Shown in pieces: positions 9,099 to 17,879 of a stretch of 64,000 nt of DNA. Source of the stretch: Dehalococcoidia bacterium (lineage in GTDB: Bacteria > Chloroflexota > Dehalococcoidia > Bin125); NCBI GenBank assembly GCA_963662615.2, contig CAXXSR010000001.1:448001-512000 (forward strand), read 5' to 3'. The translations under genes and the position numbers were made by a program. Under the pieces are notes generated by a model. That model had not been told where the DNA came from and did no database searches. It saw nothing but the letters and a program-made list of their open reading frames with translations. Each line of letters begins with the position of its first letter. The first letter of the stretch is position 1.

Positions 9099-10061
9099 AT
9101 GAGCAAGCGCTGGGCCGCAGTCGCGGTCGCTCTGTTGGCCGCACTCGTTCCCGGCGTCGCCGCGGCGCACGACGGCGCGGCGGCTGAGTCGGGCGACGTG
9201 CTCCACGCGCTCACGGTGTGGAGCCCGGATCCGCCCGGTATCGTGCTGCTGCTGGTCATGGCCGGGCTTTACGTCTGGGGCTACCGCCGCCTGCGACGCG
9301 GCGCGCCCGGCTTCCATTTCCCGCGCTGGCACGCCGTCGCGTTCGGGGCCGGCGCCCTGCTCCTGCTGGGCTCGGTCGTCTCGCCCATCGACACCTACAG
9401 CGACGATCTCTTCTGGGTGCACATGGCCCAGCACATGCTGATCGTGATGCTGGTGGCGCCGCTGCTGCTGCTGGGCGCCCCGGCGACGCTGGCCCTGCGC
9501 GCGTCGAGCCCACGAGTGCGGCGCAGCTATGTGGTCCCGCTCATGCGCAGCCGCGCGCTGCAGCTGCTGACCTACCCGCCCGTGGCGCTCCTCCTCTTCG
9601 TGGCCGCCGTCTGGATCTGGCACCTGCCGGCCCTCTACGACGCCGCCATTGGCAGCGAAGCGCTGCATTTCCTGGAGCACGGGATCTTCCTGGGCGGGGC
9701 CTTGCTGTTCTGGTGGCTGATCATTGGCGTGGACGCCAGCCACCTGCGTCCCGGCTACGTTGCGCGGCTTGCGATTCTGGTGGTGGCGGTGCTGCAGAAC
9801 ATCGGCCTGGCGCTGATCCTGACGAACATGGGTGAACCGGTGTACGAGACGTACGCGGAGCTAGCGCCGCTGCGGGGCTGGGGCCCCAGCGCCCTCATCG
9901 ATCAGCGCATTGGCGCCGGCATCATGTGGGTGCCGGGCGCCATGATGTTTGCGCTGGCCGTGCTGGTCAACGTGTATTACTGGGCGGAGCATGAAGGGTT
10001 CAGGGGGCGGCGTGGCGACATGCTGCGGGAACGGACGGCGCGGGAGGTGCGCCTTGCTTGA
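9099..10061 (+). CDS. ctaG: Cytochrome c oxidase caa3 assembly factor CtaG
   Basis: SPID, HMAQHMLI..APLLLLGAP, WHLPALY, LEH, DQRIGAGIMWVPG. Confidence 0.88.
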   Translation: MSKRWAAVAVALLAALVPGVAAAHDGAAAESGDVLHALTVWSPDPPGIVLLLVMAGLYVWGYRRLRRGAPGFHFPRWHAVAFGAGALLLLGSVVSPIDTYSDDLFWVHMAQHMLIVMLVAPLLLLGAPATLALRASSPRVRRSYVVPLMRSRALQLLTYPPVALLLFVAAVWIWHLPALYDAAIGSEALHFLEHGIFLGGALLFWWLIIGVDASHLRPGYVARLAILVVAVLQNIGLALILTNMGEPVYETYAELAPLRGWGPSALIDQRIGAGIMWVPGAMMFALAVLVNVYYWAEHEGFRGRRGDMLRERTAREVRLA

Positions 10062-11088
10062 GGGACAGCCGGTCCTTCCCTGGCTCCGCTCTCTCACGGG
10101 CTACCAACGGTTGGGCCTGGCCACCATGCTGGGCGTGCTGGCGTTGGTGGCGCTGGGGGGGACGGTGCGGGTGACGGACTCCGGGCTGGCCTGCCCGGAC
10201 TGGCCGCTCTGCAACGGCAAGCTCATCCCCGAGGGCGATTACCACGTCTGGATCGAATGGGGACACCGCCTGCTCGCCAGCGTGATGGGGATCGTGATCA
10301 TCGCCTTCGTGGTGGGCGCGGTGCGCAAGCACCGTGACCGCCGCTGGGTGGTGGGGCCGGCGCTGGCGGCGATCGTCGTGCTGGGCGTGCAGGTCACGCT
10401 GGGTGGACTGACCGTGACGGAAGATCTGTCGGCGGGGTTTGTCAGCGCCCATCTGGCCGTGGCGATGGTCCTGGTGCTGCTGCTGCTCACGGCCTGGCTG
10501 GTGACGTTCGTCCCGGCGCGGGGGCGGCCCCAGCCGCCCGAGGGACGGACGCAGTCCGCGCCGGCGCGACGGTTGGCCACGCTGAGCGTCGCCACGGCCT
10601 TGACGCTGCTATCGCTTGTCATCGTGGGCGCGTATGTGAGCGCCACGGAAGCCGGATTCTTCTGTGGCGAGGACTGGCCGCTGTGCAACGGTTCGCTCCT
10701 GCCCGAGGGCGGGCCCGCGGGCGCGCAGGTGGCCCATCGCTATCTCGCCGTTTTCACGGGGCTTCTGATCGTCGCGACCTGGCTGGTCGCGTTCCGCGCG
10801 CGGCGCAGCGCCCCGGGCGTGTTCCGGCTGACGACGATCGTGGCGGGGCTGTTCGCGCTCCAGGTCCTGCTGGGGGCTGCGTTAATGTGGAGCGGACTGG
10901 CGGAGGGGGTGCGCGTGGCGCACCTGGTCGTCGCGACGGCGACGTGGGCGGGCGCCGTGACCGCCGCCGCGTTCGCCGTGTACCACAGCGGCGCGCTGCC
11001 CTCGCTCGTCGCTCCGCCCAGGAGCCAGGCGGCGACGTCGCGCGCTCATCCCCAACCGCTTCGATCGGAAGGAGAGGCGCTGCGGTGA
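10054..11088 (+). CDS. ctaA: Heme A synthase (COX15/CtaA)
   Basis: GLACPDWPLCNG, EWGHR, second CGEDWPLCNG, AHR, AHL; TTG 10054 after GGAGG. Confidence 0.92.
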   Translation: MLEGQPVLPWLRSLTGYQRLGLATMLGVLALVALGGTVRVTDSGLACPDWPLCNGKLIPEGDYHVWIEWGHRLLASVMGIVIIAFVVGAVRKHRDRRWVVGPALAAIVVLGVQVTLGGLTVTEDLSAGFVSAHLAVAMVLVLLLLTAWLVTFVPARGRPQPPEGRTQSAPARRLATLSVATALTLLSLVIVGAYVSATEAGFFCGEDWPLCNGSLLPEGGPAGAQVAHRYLAVFTGLLIVATWLVAFRARRSAPGVFRLTTIVAGLFALQVLLGAALMWSGLAEGVRVAHLVVATATWAGAVTAAAFAVYHSGALPSLVAPPRSQAATSRAHPQPLRSEGEALR

Positions 11089-12071
11089 CGAGCCAACCCG
11101 TCAAGCTGCCGCCGCCCGCGGCGCGGATCTCCCGCGCCGGGCCGTCGCTGCCGGCGGCGGCGTTGCCCCGCGGGACGGCGTTGCCCCGCGGGGCGGGCCG
11201 GATTTGGGCGCAGGCGTCGGAGACGGCGCGGGCCTACGTGGAGCTGACCAAGCCAGGCATCGTCTGGCTGCTGCTGGTGACCACCGTGCCCGCCATGATC
11301 ATGGCGTCCGAAGGCTGGCCGCCGCTGGGGCTGATCGCCCTGACCATGCTGGGCGGGGTGCTGACGGCGGGGGGCGCGAACACCCTCAACCACTGGTTCG
11401 ACCGCGACCTGGACGCACTCATGGCGCGCACGGCCAAGCGGCCTCTTCCTCAGGGCCGGGTCGCGCCCGCGCAGGCGTTGGCGTGGGGCCTGGCGCTGGC
11501 CGCGTTGGGCGGAGTGCAACTGGCCTTCACCGTGAACTGGCTGGCCGCAGTCTGGGCGTTGGTCGCAGTGGGCTTCTACGTGCTGGTCTACACCATGTGG
11601 CTGAAGCGCTGGACGGCGCAGAACATCGTGATTGGGGGGGCGGCGGGCGCCGTGCCGCCGCTGGTGGGCTGGGCGGCCGTGCGCGGGAGCGTGGACGTGG
11701 CGCCGCTGCTCCTCTTCCTCATCGTTTTCCTCTGGACGCCCCCGCACTTCTGGGCCCTGGCGCTGCGCTACAAAGACGACTATGCCCGCGCCAACATACC
11801 GATGCTGCCCGTATCGCGCGGCGAGCGGGAGACGAAGAAGCAGATCCTCGTCTACTCGGTGCTGCTGCTCGCGGGCAGCTTGCTGCTCCCGATCCTGGGG
11901 GAGGCGGGAATGCTCTACCTGGCGGCGGCGGCGGTGCTGGGGACGGCGTTCGTGGTGCAGGCGCTACGGTTGTGGCTGGGCCGCATCCAGCCCATGGCCC
12001 TCTTCTTCGCCTCCATCATCTACTTGCCGCTTCTTTTCTTGGCCGCAGCGGCGGACGAACTCCTTCTCTAA
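11085..12071 (+). CDS. ctaB: Heme O synthase (protoheme IX farnesyltransferase)
   Basis: LTKP, DRDLDALMARTAKRP, NIVIGGAAGA, WTPPHFWALA, DDY; GTG 11085 overlaps ctaA stop. Confidence 0.95.
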   Translation: MTSQPVKLPPPAARISRAGPSLPAAALPRGTALPRGAGRIWAQASETARAYVELTKPGIVWLLLVTTVPAMIMASEGWPPLGLIALTMLGGVLTAGGANTLNHWFDRDLDALMARTAKRPLPQGRVAPAQALAWGLALAALGGVQLAFTVNWLAAVWALVAVGFYVLVYTMWLKRWTAQNIVIGGAAGAVPPLVGWAAVRGSVDVAPLLLFLIVFLWTPPHFWALALRYKDDYARANIPMLPVSRGERETKKQILVYSVLLLAGSLLLPILGEAGMLYLAAAAVLGTAFVVQALRLWLGRIQPMALFFASIIYLPLLFLAAAADELLL

Positions 12072-12113
12072 CACGTGGTCAACTCAGCGTGCTCTTAGTA
12101 GGGCGCTCATCGC

Positions 12114-12368
12114 ATGGACCCTGAAGACAAGGCCATGGACGAGCGCGCTTGCCAGTTTTTCGGCGATTGGGATGCGCCGCGTGATAAGCAAGGCCAGCTA
12201 CTCGACACCTGGTTCCCAACGCACGACTTAGATTTGGCGAATCGCCTCCGTGAATACGTTGAGGGTCTTACGGGGAGGCCGCTCAATGCCCCTACGGACG
12301 ATCCGCGGGCAATGGTGCGGGTGGGACTTAACGAGATCGGCAAGCTGATGGGGCACTCGCGGACCTAG
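12114..12368 (+). CDS. Hypothetical protein (84 aa, visibly lower GC than flanks)
   Basis: ORF with protein-like composition; no recognised motif. Confidence 0.45.
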   Translation: MDPEDKAMDERACQFFGDWDAPRDKQGQLLDTWFPTHDLDLANRLREYVEGLTGRPLNAPTDDPRAMVRVGLNEIGKLMGHSRT

Positions 12369-12453
12369 CTGCGCCATCAAGGCGCTCTAAGGCCGACGCC
12401 GGACGAGGTTATTCCCGGCGGCGGCCGACGCCCTCCTGCTGCATCACATTGCG

Positions 12454-14115
12454 CTAGGGCGGGGCGTCCGGATCCACGACGACTCGCTCTCCATCGATCC
12501 AGACCACGACGAACACTTCCGGGGCGGCCAGGCGATACGGCCCCGGGATAAAGTCGCCCCAATGCCAGCCCAAAGGTCCGAACGTGCGAGCGATCTCGTC
12601 CTGCGATCGTGCGAAGCCCTGGAACAGCGCCACATGTGGCTGGCCATCGAGGACGAGCCCCTGCGCCCGCACGAAGGCGACGAAAACGGGATTCTCGAAG
12701 GCCAGTCCAGGCTCCTGCATGGTGACGTCCGGAAACCGCTCCAGGACCTCGTCGATGGTGACGATCCGCGCGCCCTCATACGGGATCAGAAAGAGCACGC
12801 GGGCGTCGTCCACCCAGCCGGGGATGGCGTACTCGACCCGCGCGAAGAGGAACTGCCCGTCGGAGAGATCGCCCTCCGGCACTTGGTGCTCGATGATGCG
12901 AGAGGAGACTCCTTCCAGACGGACGGGCGGCGGCTCATCCTCTCGTTTGAAGAGCCCAATGCCGCCCTTCGGTTCCTCCACTTCCTCCTCGGGCGATGTG
13001 GCATCGACCGTGGGGGCGCTCTCCGGGGCGCGTCCTTCGACAGGCTCAGGACGAGCGGATCCCGGCGCCGGGGCCTCCTCGGGCGGCGGCGTCTCCTCGG
13101 CGCTCTCAACGACCGCCTCATTCTTCGCGCTCTCGTCGGCGCGTCCTTCGGCAGGCTCAGGACGAGCGGCCTCAGGACGAGCGATGGCCGGCGCCGGCGC
13201 GGTCGCGGCAGCGGCGTCGAGGGCGACGGCGAGATCGGCATCTCTGACGACCGTCTCAAATCTGGCCAGGATCGTTCCGTCCGCTGCCACCACGAAGAGC
13301 CAGGGGTCGTTGCGGAGATGCCAGTCCCCCAGCGCGCCCGCGGCGGCGCTCGCTCCTTGGCCGTCGGCGTCGCGGAACGGTTCGACGTGGATCGCCGGGA
13401 CCGCGGCAGCGGACGCCAGCCGCTTGATCTGGTCCAGCGCCCGCTCGCAGAGCTGCCGCACGATGCACGTCTCCAAGGAGCTGAACAGCACCACGAAGGG
13501 GCGGCCCCGCCGCAGCGCGCCGGCAACGGAGATCTCGTAGAGGAGGGGATCGGGCGCGCGATCGCCGCTGAGCTGGGCCAGGGGAAGGTCGGCGGTCGTG
13601 AGGGTGGGAGTGGCGGGGGCCGCTGCGCCGACGGCCGGGGTGAGCGGGGTCGCCGCGACGAGGAAGGGCAAGCGCGCGCTCAGTTGCGATTCGCCATTGG
13701 GGAGCGCGGCGATGACCTGCAGCTCCCACTGCCCCGGGCGATCCAGCGGCGCCGCCGCCACGTAGAACGTCTTCGAACCGACAGGGATGACCTCCAGCTC
13801 GTGGTCGGCGCGAAAGCGCACGCCGCCCGTCACCGGATCGAAGTAGCGCAGCGTGAAGGTGGCGCCGGGGGGAAATCGCGGCGGCGCCGCGCGGTCGAGC
13901 AGGGAGAGGACGAGGCGCATCTCCCCCACCGCCAGGTCGCTCGATTCCAGGACCGGCACGAAGGGGGCCGTGGAGGGCAGGACGACGGTGGCGGCGTCGG
14001 CAGGGCCGTCGGAGCCGTCGGTGAGGAGGACGACCAGCAGCGCCACCAGCGCCGCGACGCCGACGAGGGAGAGCGGGATCAGCCAGCGAACCCGGGGGAG
14101 CGCGCGCGGGAGCAT
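12454..14115 (-). CDS. Membrane-anchored extracytoplasmic protein: Ig-like plus thioredoxin-like (C-x5-C) domains, acidic linker, unknown C-terminal domain
   Basis: N-terminal TM; RPFVVLFSSLETCIVRQLC...IHVEP...DPWLFVV; start overlaps permease stop. Confidence 0.6.
   Translation of the reverse strand: MLPRALPRVRWLIPLSLVGVAALVALLVVLLTDGSDGPADAATVVLPSTAPFVPVLESSDLAVGEMRLVLSLLDRAAPPRFPPGATFTLRYFDPVTGGVRFRADHELEVIPVGSKTFYVAAAPLDRPGQWELQVIAALPNGESQLSARLPFLVAATPLTPAVGAAAPATPTLTTADLPLAQLSGDRAPDPLLYEISVAGALRRGRPFVVLFSSLETCIVRQLCERALDQIKRLASAAAVPAIHVEPFRDADGQGASAAAGALGDWHLRNDPWLFVVAADGTILARFETVVRDADLAVALDAAAATAPAPAIARPEAARPEPAEGRADESAKNEAVVESAEETPPPEEAPAPGSARPEPVEGRAPESAPTVDATSPEEEVEEPKGGIGLFKREDEPPPVRLEGVSSRIIEHQVPEGDLSDGQFLFARVEYAIPGWVDDARVLFLIPYEGARIVTIDEVLERFPDVTMQEPGLAFENPVFVAFVRAQGLVLDGQPHVALFQGFARSQDEIARTFGPLGWHWGDFIPGPYRLAAPEVFVVVWIDGERVVVDPDAPP
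13031..13183. repeat. REP-like palindromic units CGTCCTTCG(A/G)CAGGCTCAGGACGAGCGG in frame inside the CDS
   Basis: copies at 13031-13058 and 13142-13169, plus a partial at 13170-13183; encode ARPEP(V/A)EGRA. Confidence 0.75.
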
Positions 14116-14930
14116 CAGGCGGCGCGGGCGGAGCGACGGAGCCCCACGGTAAAGAGCGCAAGCGCCAGGCCACCCAGGACCGCGAAATCGATGGCGGGAC
14201 CCAGGAAGCCGTCGGTGTTGGCCGCGTAGGCGGCGGTCTGCAAGAGGTCAACCGGATAGGTGAGCGGGTTGATCAGGCCGAGAATGCGGAGCCACTCCGG
14301 CAACTCGTCGAGGGGGAAGAAGGCGCCGGAGAGGAAAAAGAGAGGGAACAGCACCAGGTTCATGACGAGGTGGAAGCCTTGCATGGTGCGGATGCGCGTG
14401 GCGATGAGGAGGGCGAATCCGGAGAGCATGACGTTCAGCGCCAGGATGCCGGCCACCACCATCGCCAAGCCGCCCAGCCAGCCGTACTGCCAGGCCAGGT
14501 CGATGCCGGGGATGAGCACCGCCACCGCCAGGATGATCAGCGCCTGCGCCGTGCCGATGACGACCGCGGCCAGCGCCTTGCCCAACAAGATCGTGTGGGC
14601 GCTGTGCGGCGACGCCAGGAGCGTGCGCAGCATCCCGTTTTCGCGGTCGCGGTAGAAGGAGGCGCTGGAGAAGGTGGAGGAGAAGAGCGCCGTCAGCGCG
14701 ATCATGCCGGGGGCGAGGTAGCTGACGTAGTCGCCGTCGCGGATGATCGCGGAGGCGGGGTTGAGCCCGTCGGAGACGCCCGTGCCGAGGATGGCGAGCA
14801 GCATCAGCGGCAGCAGCACGGACGAGTAGAGCTGCGAGCGCGAGCGCAGGAAGGCGCGCAGGTCGCGTTGCAGCAAGGCCCCGCAGGCGATGGCGGCTGC
14901 AGTGATGGGGGCCGCGGCGAAGGCGGTCAC
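14115..14930 (-). CDS. ABC-2 type exporter permease
   Basis: YLAPGM, DRENG, GKAL, FLSGAFFPL, NPLTY. Confidence 0.9.
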   Translation of the reverse strand: MTAFAAAPITAAAIACGALLQRDLRAFLRSRSQLYSSVLLPLMLLAILGTGVSDGLNPASAIIRDGDYVSYLAPGMIALTALFSSTFSSASFYRDRENGMLRTLLASPHSAHTILLGKALAAVVIGTAQALIILAVAVLIPGIDLAWQYGWLGGLAMVVAGILALNVMLSGFALLIATRIRTMQGFHLVMNLVLFPLFFLSGAFFPLDELPEWLRILGLINPLTYPVDLLQTAAYAANTDGFLGPAIDFAVLGGLALALFTVGLRRSARAA

Positions 14931-15907
14931 GGGGAGCCCAGCTCTTCCCCAACGGGGGCAGGGGCGTCGCTGTCCAGGGGCGTGCCCACAAGCTGGAAGT
15001 AGGCATCCTCCAGGGTGGATTCGCGGATGCGAATCCCCTGCACGGCGCCGTTGGCGATGCGGAACAGCTGGGGGACGAAGGTGGAGGCGCTATCCACCGT
15101 CGCGTGCAGGAGCGGAGGGGCGCAGGTGACGCGACCGACGCCCTCCCAGCCGGCCAGGGTGGCAGCGATGTGGGACGGCGCCGACGGCCACTCCACGCGG
15201 ACCGAGTCGCGTCGCAGGTTGCGCTTGAGGTCGGCGGGCGCGCCCGCGGCGATGACGCGGCCGTCGCGCAGGAAGGCGACCGTGTCGCAATAGCGCTCCG
15301 CCTCGGCGACGTCGTTGGTGGCGACGAGGAGCGCAGCGCCCTGGGCCCGGACCTGCAGCAGCATCTCCCACAGCGTCGCTTTGGAGTTGGGGTCCAGCCC
15401 CAGCGAGGGCTCATCCAGCAGAAGCAGGCGCGGCCCGTGCAGGACCGCCCGCAGCAGCTCCAGGCGGCGCTTCATGCCGCCGGACAGCGTTTCCACGGGA
15501 TCGTCGGCGCGCTCCGCGAGCCCCGCGAGCGCCAGCAGCTCGTCGCTGCGGCGCCGCAGCGCGCCACGCCCGGTCCCGAAGAGGCGTCCATGCAGCCACA
15601 AGGTCTCGCGGACCGTCATCAGGGGGTCCAGGCAGCTCTCCTGGAAGAGGACGCCGAGGTGGCGTCGGAGGTGCCGGCCGACGGGCTCGCCCAACACTCG
15701 CACCTGGCCCTGCTGGGGCGCGCGAAAGCCCGCAACCAGGCTCAAGATGGTGCTCTTGCCCGAACCGTTGGGGCCCAGCAGTCCCAGGACGGCGCCCGCC
15801 GGCAGCATCAGGGTCACGTCCTCGACGCCTCGGCCCCCTGGGTGGAGATAGGTGAGGTCGCTGAGGGCGACCGCCGCGGCGTTGGAAGAGGGCGGGATCT
15901 GTGTCAT
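14927..15907 (-). CDS. ABC exporter ATP-binding protein (DrrA-like)
   Basis: GPNGSGKST, LSGGMKRR, LLLDEPSLGLD. Confidence 0.92.
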   Translation of the reverse strand: MTQIPPSSNAAAVALSDLTYLHPGGRGVEDVTLMLPAGAVLGLLGPNGSGKSTILSLVAGFRAPQQGQVRVLGEPVGRHLRRHLGVLFQESCLDPLMTVRETLWLHGRLFGTGRGALRRRSDELLALAGLAERADDPVETLSGGMKRRLELLRAVLHGPRLLLLDEPSLGLDPNSKATLWEMLLQVRAQGAALLVATNDVAEAERYCDTVAFLRDGRVIAAGAPADLKRNLRRDSVRVEWPSAPSHIAATLAGWEGVGRVTCAPPLLHATVDSASTFVPQLFRIANGAVQGIRIRESTLEDAYFQLVGTPLDSDAPAPVGEELGSP

Positions 15908-15994
15908 GCGGACCTGAACGAGAACGGTTCGAGTGTATGCCGTTGGCGCTCCGGCGGCGAGGGCTGCGGCGGCGAGCGCGTAGCGCGGAGGCGA

Positions 15995-16044
15995 TTGACC
16001 CGCTTTCCTTGCCGCCCATACAGTTCGTGTAGAACCTACACTAA
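15995..16044 (+). promoter_or_regulatory. Putative sigma70 promoter (TTGACC-N18-TACAGT) with an adjacent 21-bp NrtR-type operator upstream of nadE
   Basis: TTCGTGTAGAACCTACACTAA at 16024-16044, palindrome with GT-N7-AC core. Confidence 0.6.
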
Positions 16045-16074
16045 GTCAACGGACGACCGTCGAACGGCAGTCGC

Positions 16075-17799
16075 ATGCGTCGGTTCCGCCTCGCGCTGGC
16101 CCAACTGAACCCCACAGTGGGGGACTTGGACGGCAATGTGGCCGCCATGCAGGCGCGCCTGAGCGAAGCCGAGGAGTTGGGCGCGGACCTGGTGGCCTTT
16201 CCGGAGCTGGCCATCACCGGCTACCCACCGGAAGATCTGGTCCTGCGACGGCGCTTTGTGCACGACAACCTCAAGGCGCTGGAACGGCTGCAGACGGCCA
16301 CGGCGGGCAAGCACGTGACCGTCGTGGTGGGCTTTGTGGACCTGCAGGACGACGCCTACAACGCCGCCGCCGTCCTCCACGACGGCGCCGTGGCGGGCGT
16401 GTATCACAAGCGCTACCTGCCCAACTACGGCGTCTTCGACGAGGCCCGCTACTTCCGACCCGGCAGGGAGGCGCCGGTGTTCGAGGTGGCGGGCGTGAAG
16501 GTGGGCGTGAGCATCTGCGAGGACATCTGGTATCCGCTCGGCCCCGTGCGGGAGCAGGCGCTGGCCGGAGCGGAGGTGATGGTCAACATCAACGGCTCGC
16601 CGTTCCACGCCGGCAAGATCGGCGAGCGCGAGCGCATGCTGGCGACCCGCGCTTGGGACAACGGCGTGATCGTGGCCTACTGCAACATGGTGGGCGGCCA
16701 GGATTCGCTCATCTTCGACGGCGGCAGCATGGTCCACGACCCGCGCGGCCGGCGCATTGCGGCGGCGCCCATGTTCGAAGAGACGCTGTTGACCGTCGAT
16801 CTGGATGTGGACTTCGTGGGGCAGGTGCGCCTGCACGACCCGCGCATCCGCAGCCTGGAGGCGGAGCCGGCCCCGGCGCTGCCGGTGTCGTCGCCGCAGC
16901 GGGAGCCGCCGCCGCCACTGCCGCCACAGTCGCTGCCCGAGCCGCTGCGCGAGGTCGAGGCCGTCTACGCGGCCTTGGTGCTGGGCACGCGCGACTACGT
17001 CCGCAAGACGGGCTTCGAGGACGCCGTCATTGCCCTCTCCGGCGGGATTGATTCCAGCCTCACCGCGGCGATCGCCGTGGCTGCACTGGGCGGCGCGCAC
17101 GTCCGCGGCGTCTCCATGCCTTCGCGTTATTCGTCGGAGGGCAGCATGGGCGACGCGCGGGCCCTGGCGGACAGTTTGGGCATGGAGCTGCTGACGATCC
17201 CCATTGAAGGGCCGTTCGCGGCGTTTCTGGACGCGCTCCAGGACGCCTTCGCCGGGGTGGAGGCGGACGTCACGGAAGAGAACCTGCAGGCGCGCATCCG
17301 CGGCACCCTGATCATGGCGCTGAGCAACAAGTTCGGGTCGCTGGTTCTCTCCACGTCCAACAAGAGCGAAGCCGCTACCGGCTACACGACGCTCTACGGC
17401 GACATGAGCGGTGGCCTGGCCGTGCTCCAGGATGTGCCCAAGACGCTGGTGTACGGCCTGGCCCGTCACGTCAATGAGCGGGCCGGTCGCGAGATCATCC
17501 CTGAGCGCGTGATCGAGAAGCCGCCCAGCGCGGAGCTGCGCCCCGACCAGCGGGACGAGGATTCCCTGATGCCCTACGCGCGCCTGGATCCCATTCTGCA
17601 GGCGTTCGTGGAGGAGGACCGCACGCTGGGGGAGATCGTGGCGGCGGGCTCCGCGGAGGCCGAGGTGCGGCGCGTGATGTCGCTGGTGAGGGCCGCCGAA
17701 TACAAGCGCCGCCAGGCCCCGCCGGGGCTGAAGATCACCCCCCGCGCCTTTGGCAAGGACCGCCGCTTTCCCATCGCCAATCGCTACCTGGGATCGTAG
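16075..17799 (+). CDS. nadE: Glutamine-dependent NAD+ synthetase
   Basis: nitrilase domain FPEL, K..LPNYGVFDE, ICED; synthetase SGGIDS, ENLQARIRG, NKSE..GY.TLYGD, PSAELRPDQ. Confidence 0.96.
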   Translation: MRRFRLALAQLNPTVGDLDGNVAAMQARLSEAEELGADLVAFPELAITGYPPEDLVLRRRFVHDNLKALERLQTATAGKHVTVVVGFVDLQDDAYNAAAVLHDGAVAGVYHKRYLPNYGVFDEARYFRPGREAPVFEVAGVKVGVSICEDIWYPLGPVREQALAGAEVMVNINGSPFHAGKIGERERMLATRAWDNGVIVAYCNMVGGQDSLIFDGGSMVHDPRGRRIAAAPMFEETLLTVDLDVDFVGQVRLHDPRIRSLEAEPAPALPVSSPQREPPPPLPPQSLPEPLREVEAVYAALVLGTRDYVRKTGFEDAVIALSGGIDSSLTAAIAVAALGGAHVRGVSMPSRYSSEGSMGDARALADSLGMELLTIPIEGPFAAFLDALQDAFAGVEADVTEENLQARIRGTLIMALSNKFGSLVLSTSNKSEAATGYTTLYGDMSGGLAVLQDVPKTLVYGLARHVNERAGREIIPERVIEKPPSAELRPDQRDEDSLMPYARLDPILQAFVEEDRTLGEIVAAGSAEAEVRRVMSLVRAAEYKRRQAPPGLKITPRAFGKDRRFPIANRYLGS

Positions 17800-17879
17800 C
17801 CATCGCGCAGCGCCGGGGACGGCGGCGCCGTTCTTGCTCCGGCGGGGCTCTTGCTCCGACTGGGAAGGGCGTAAGGCCG

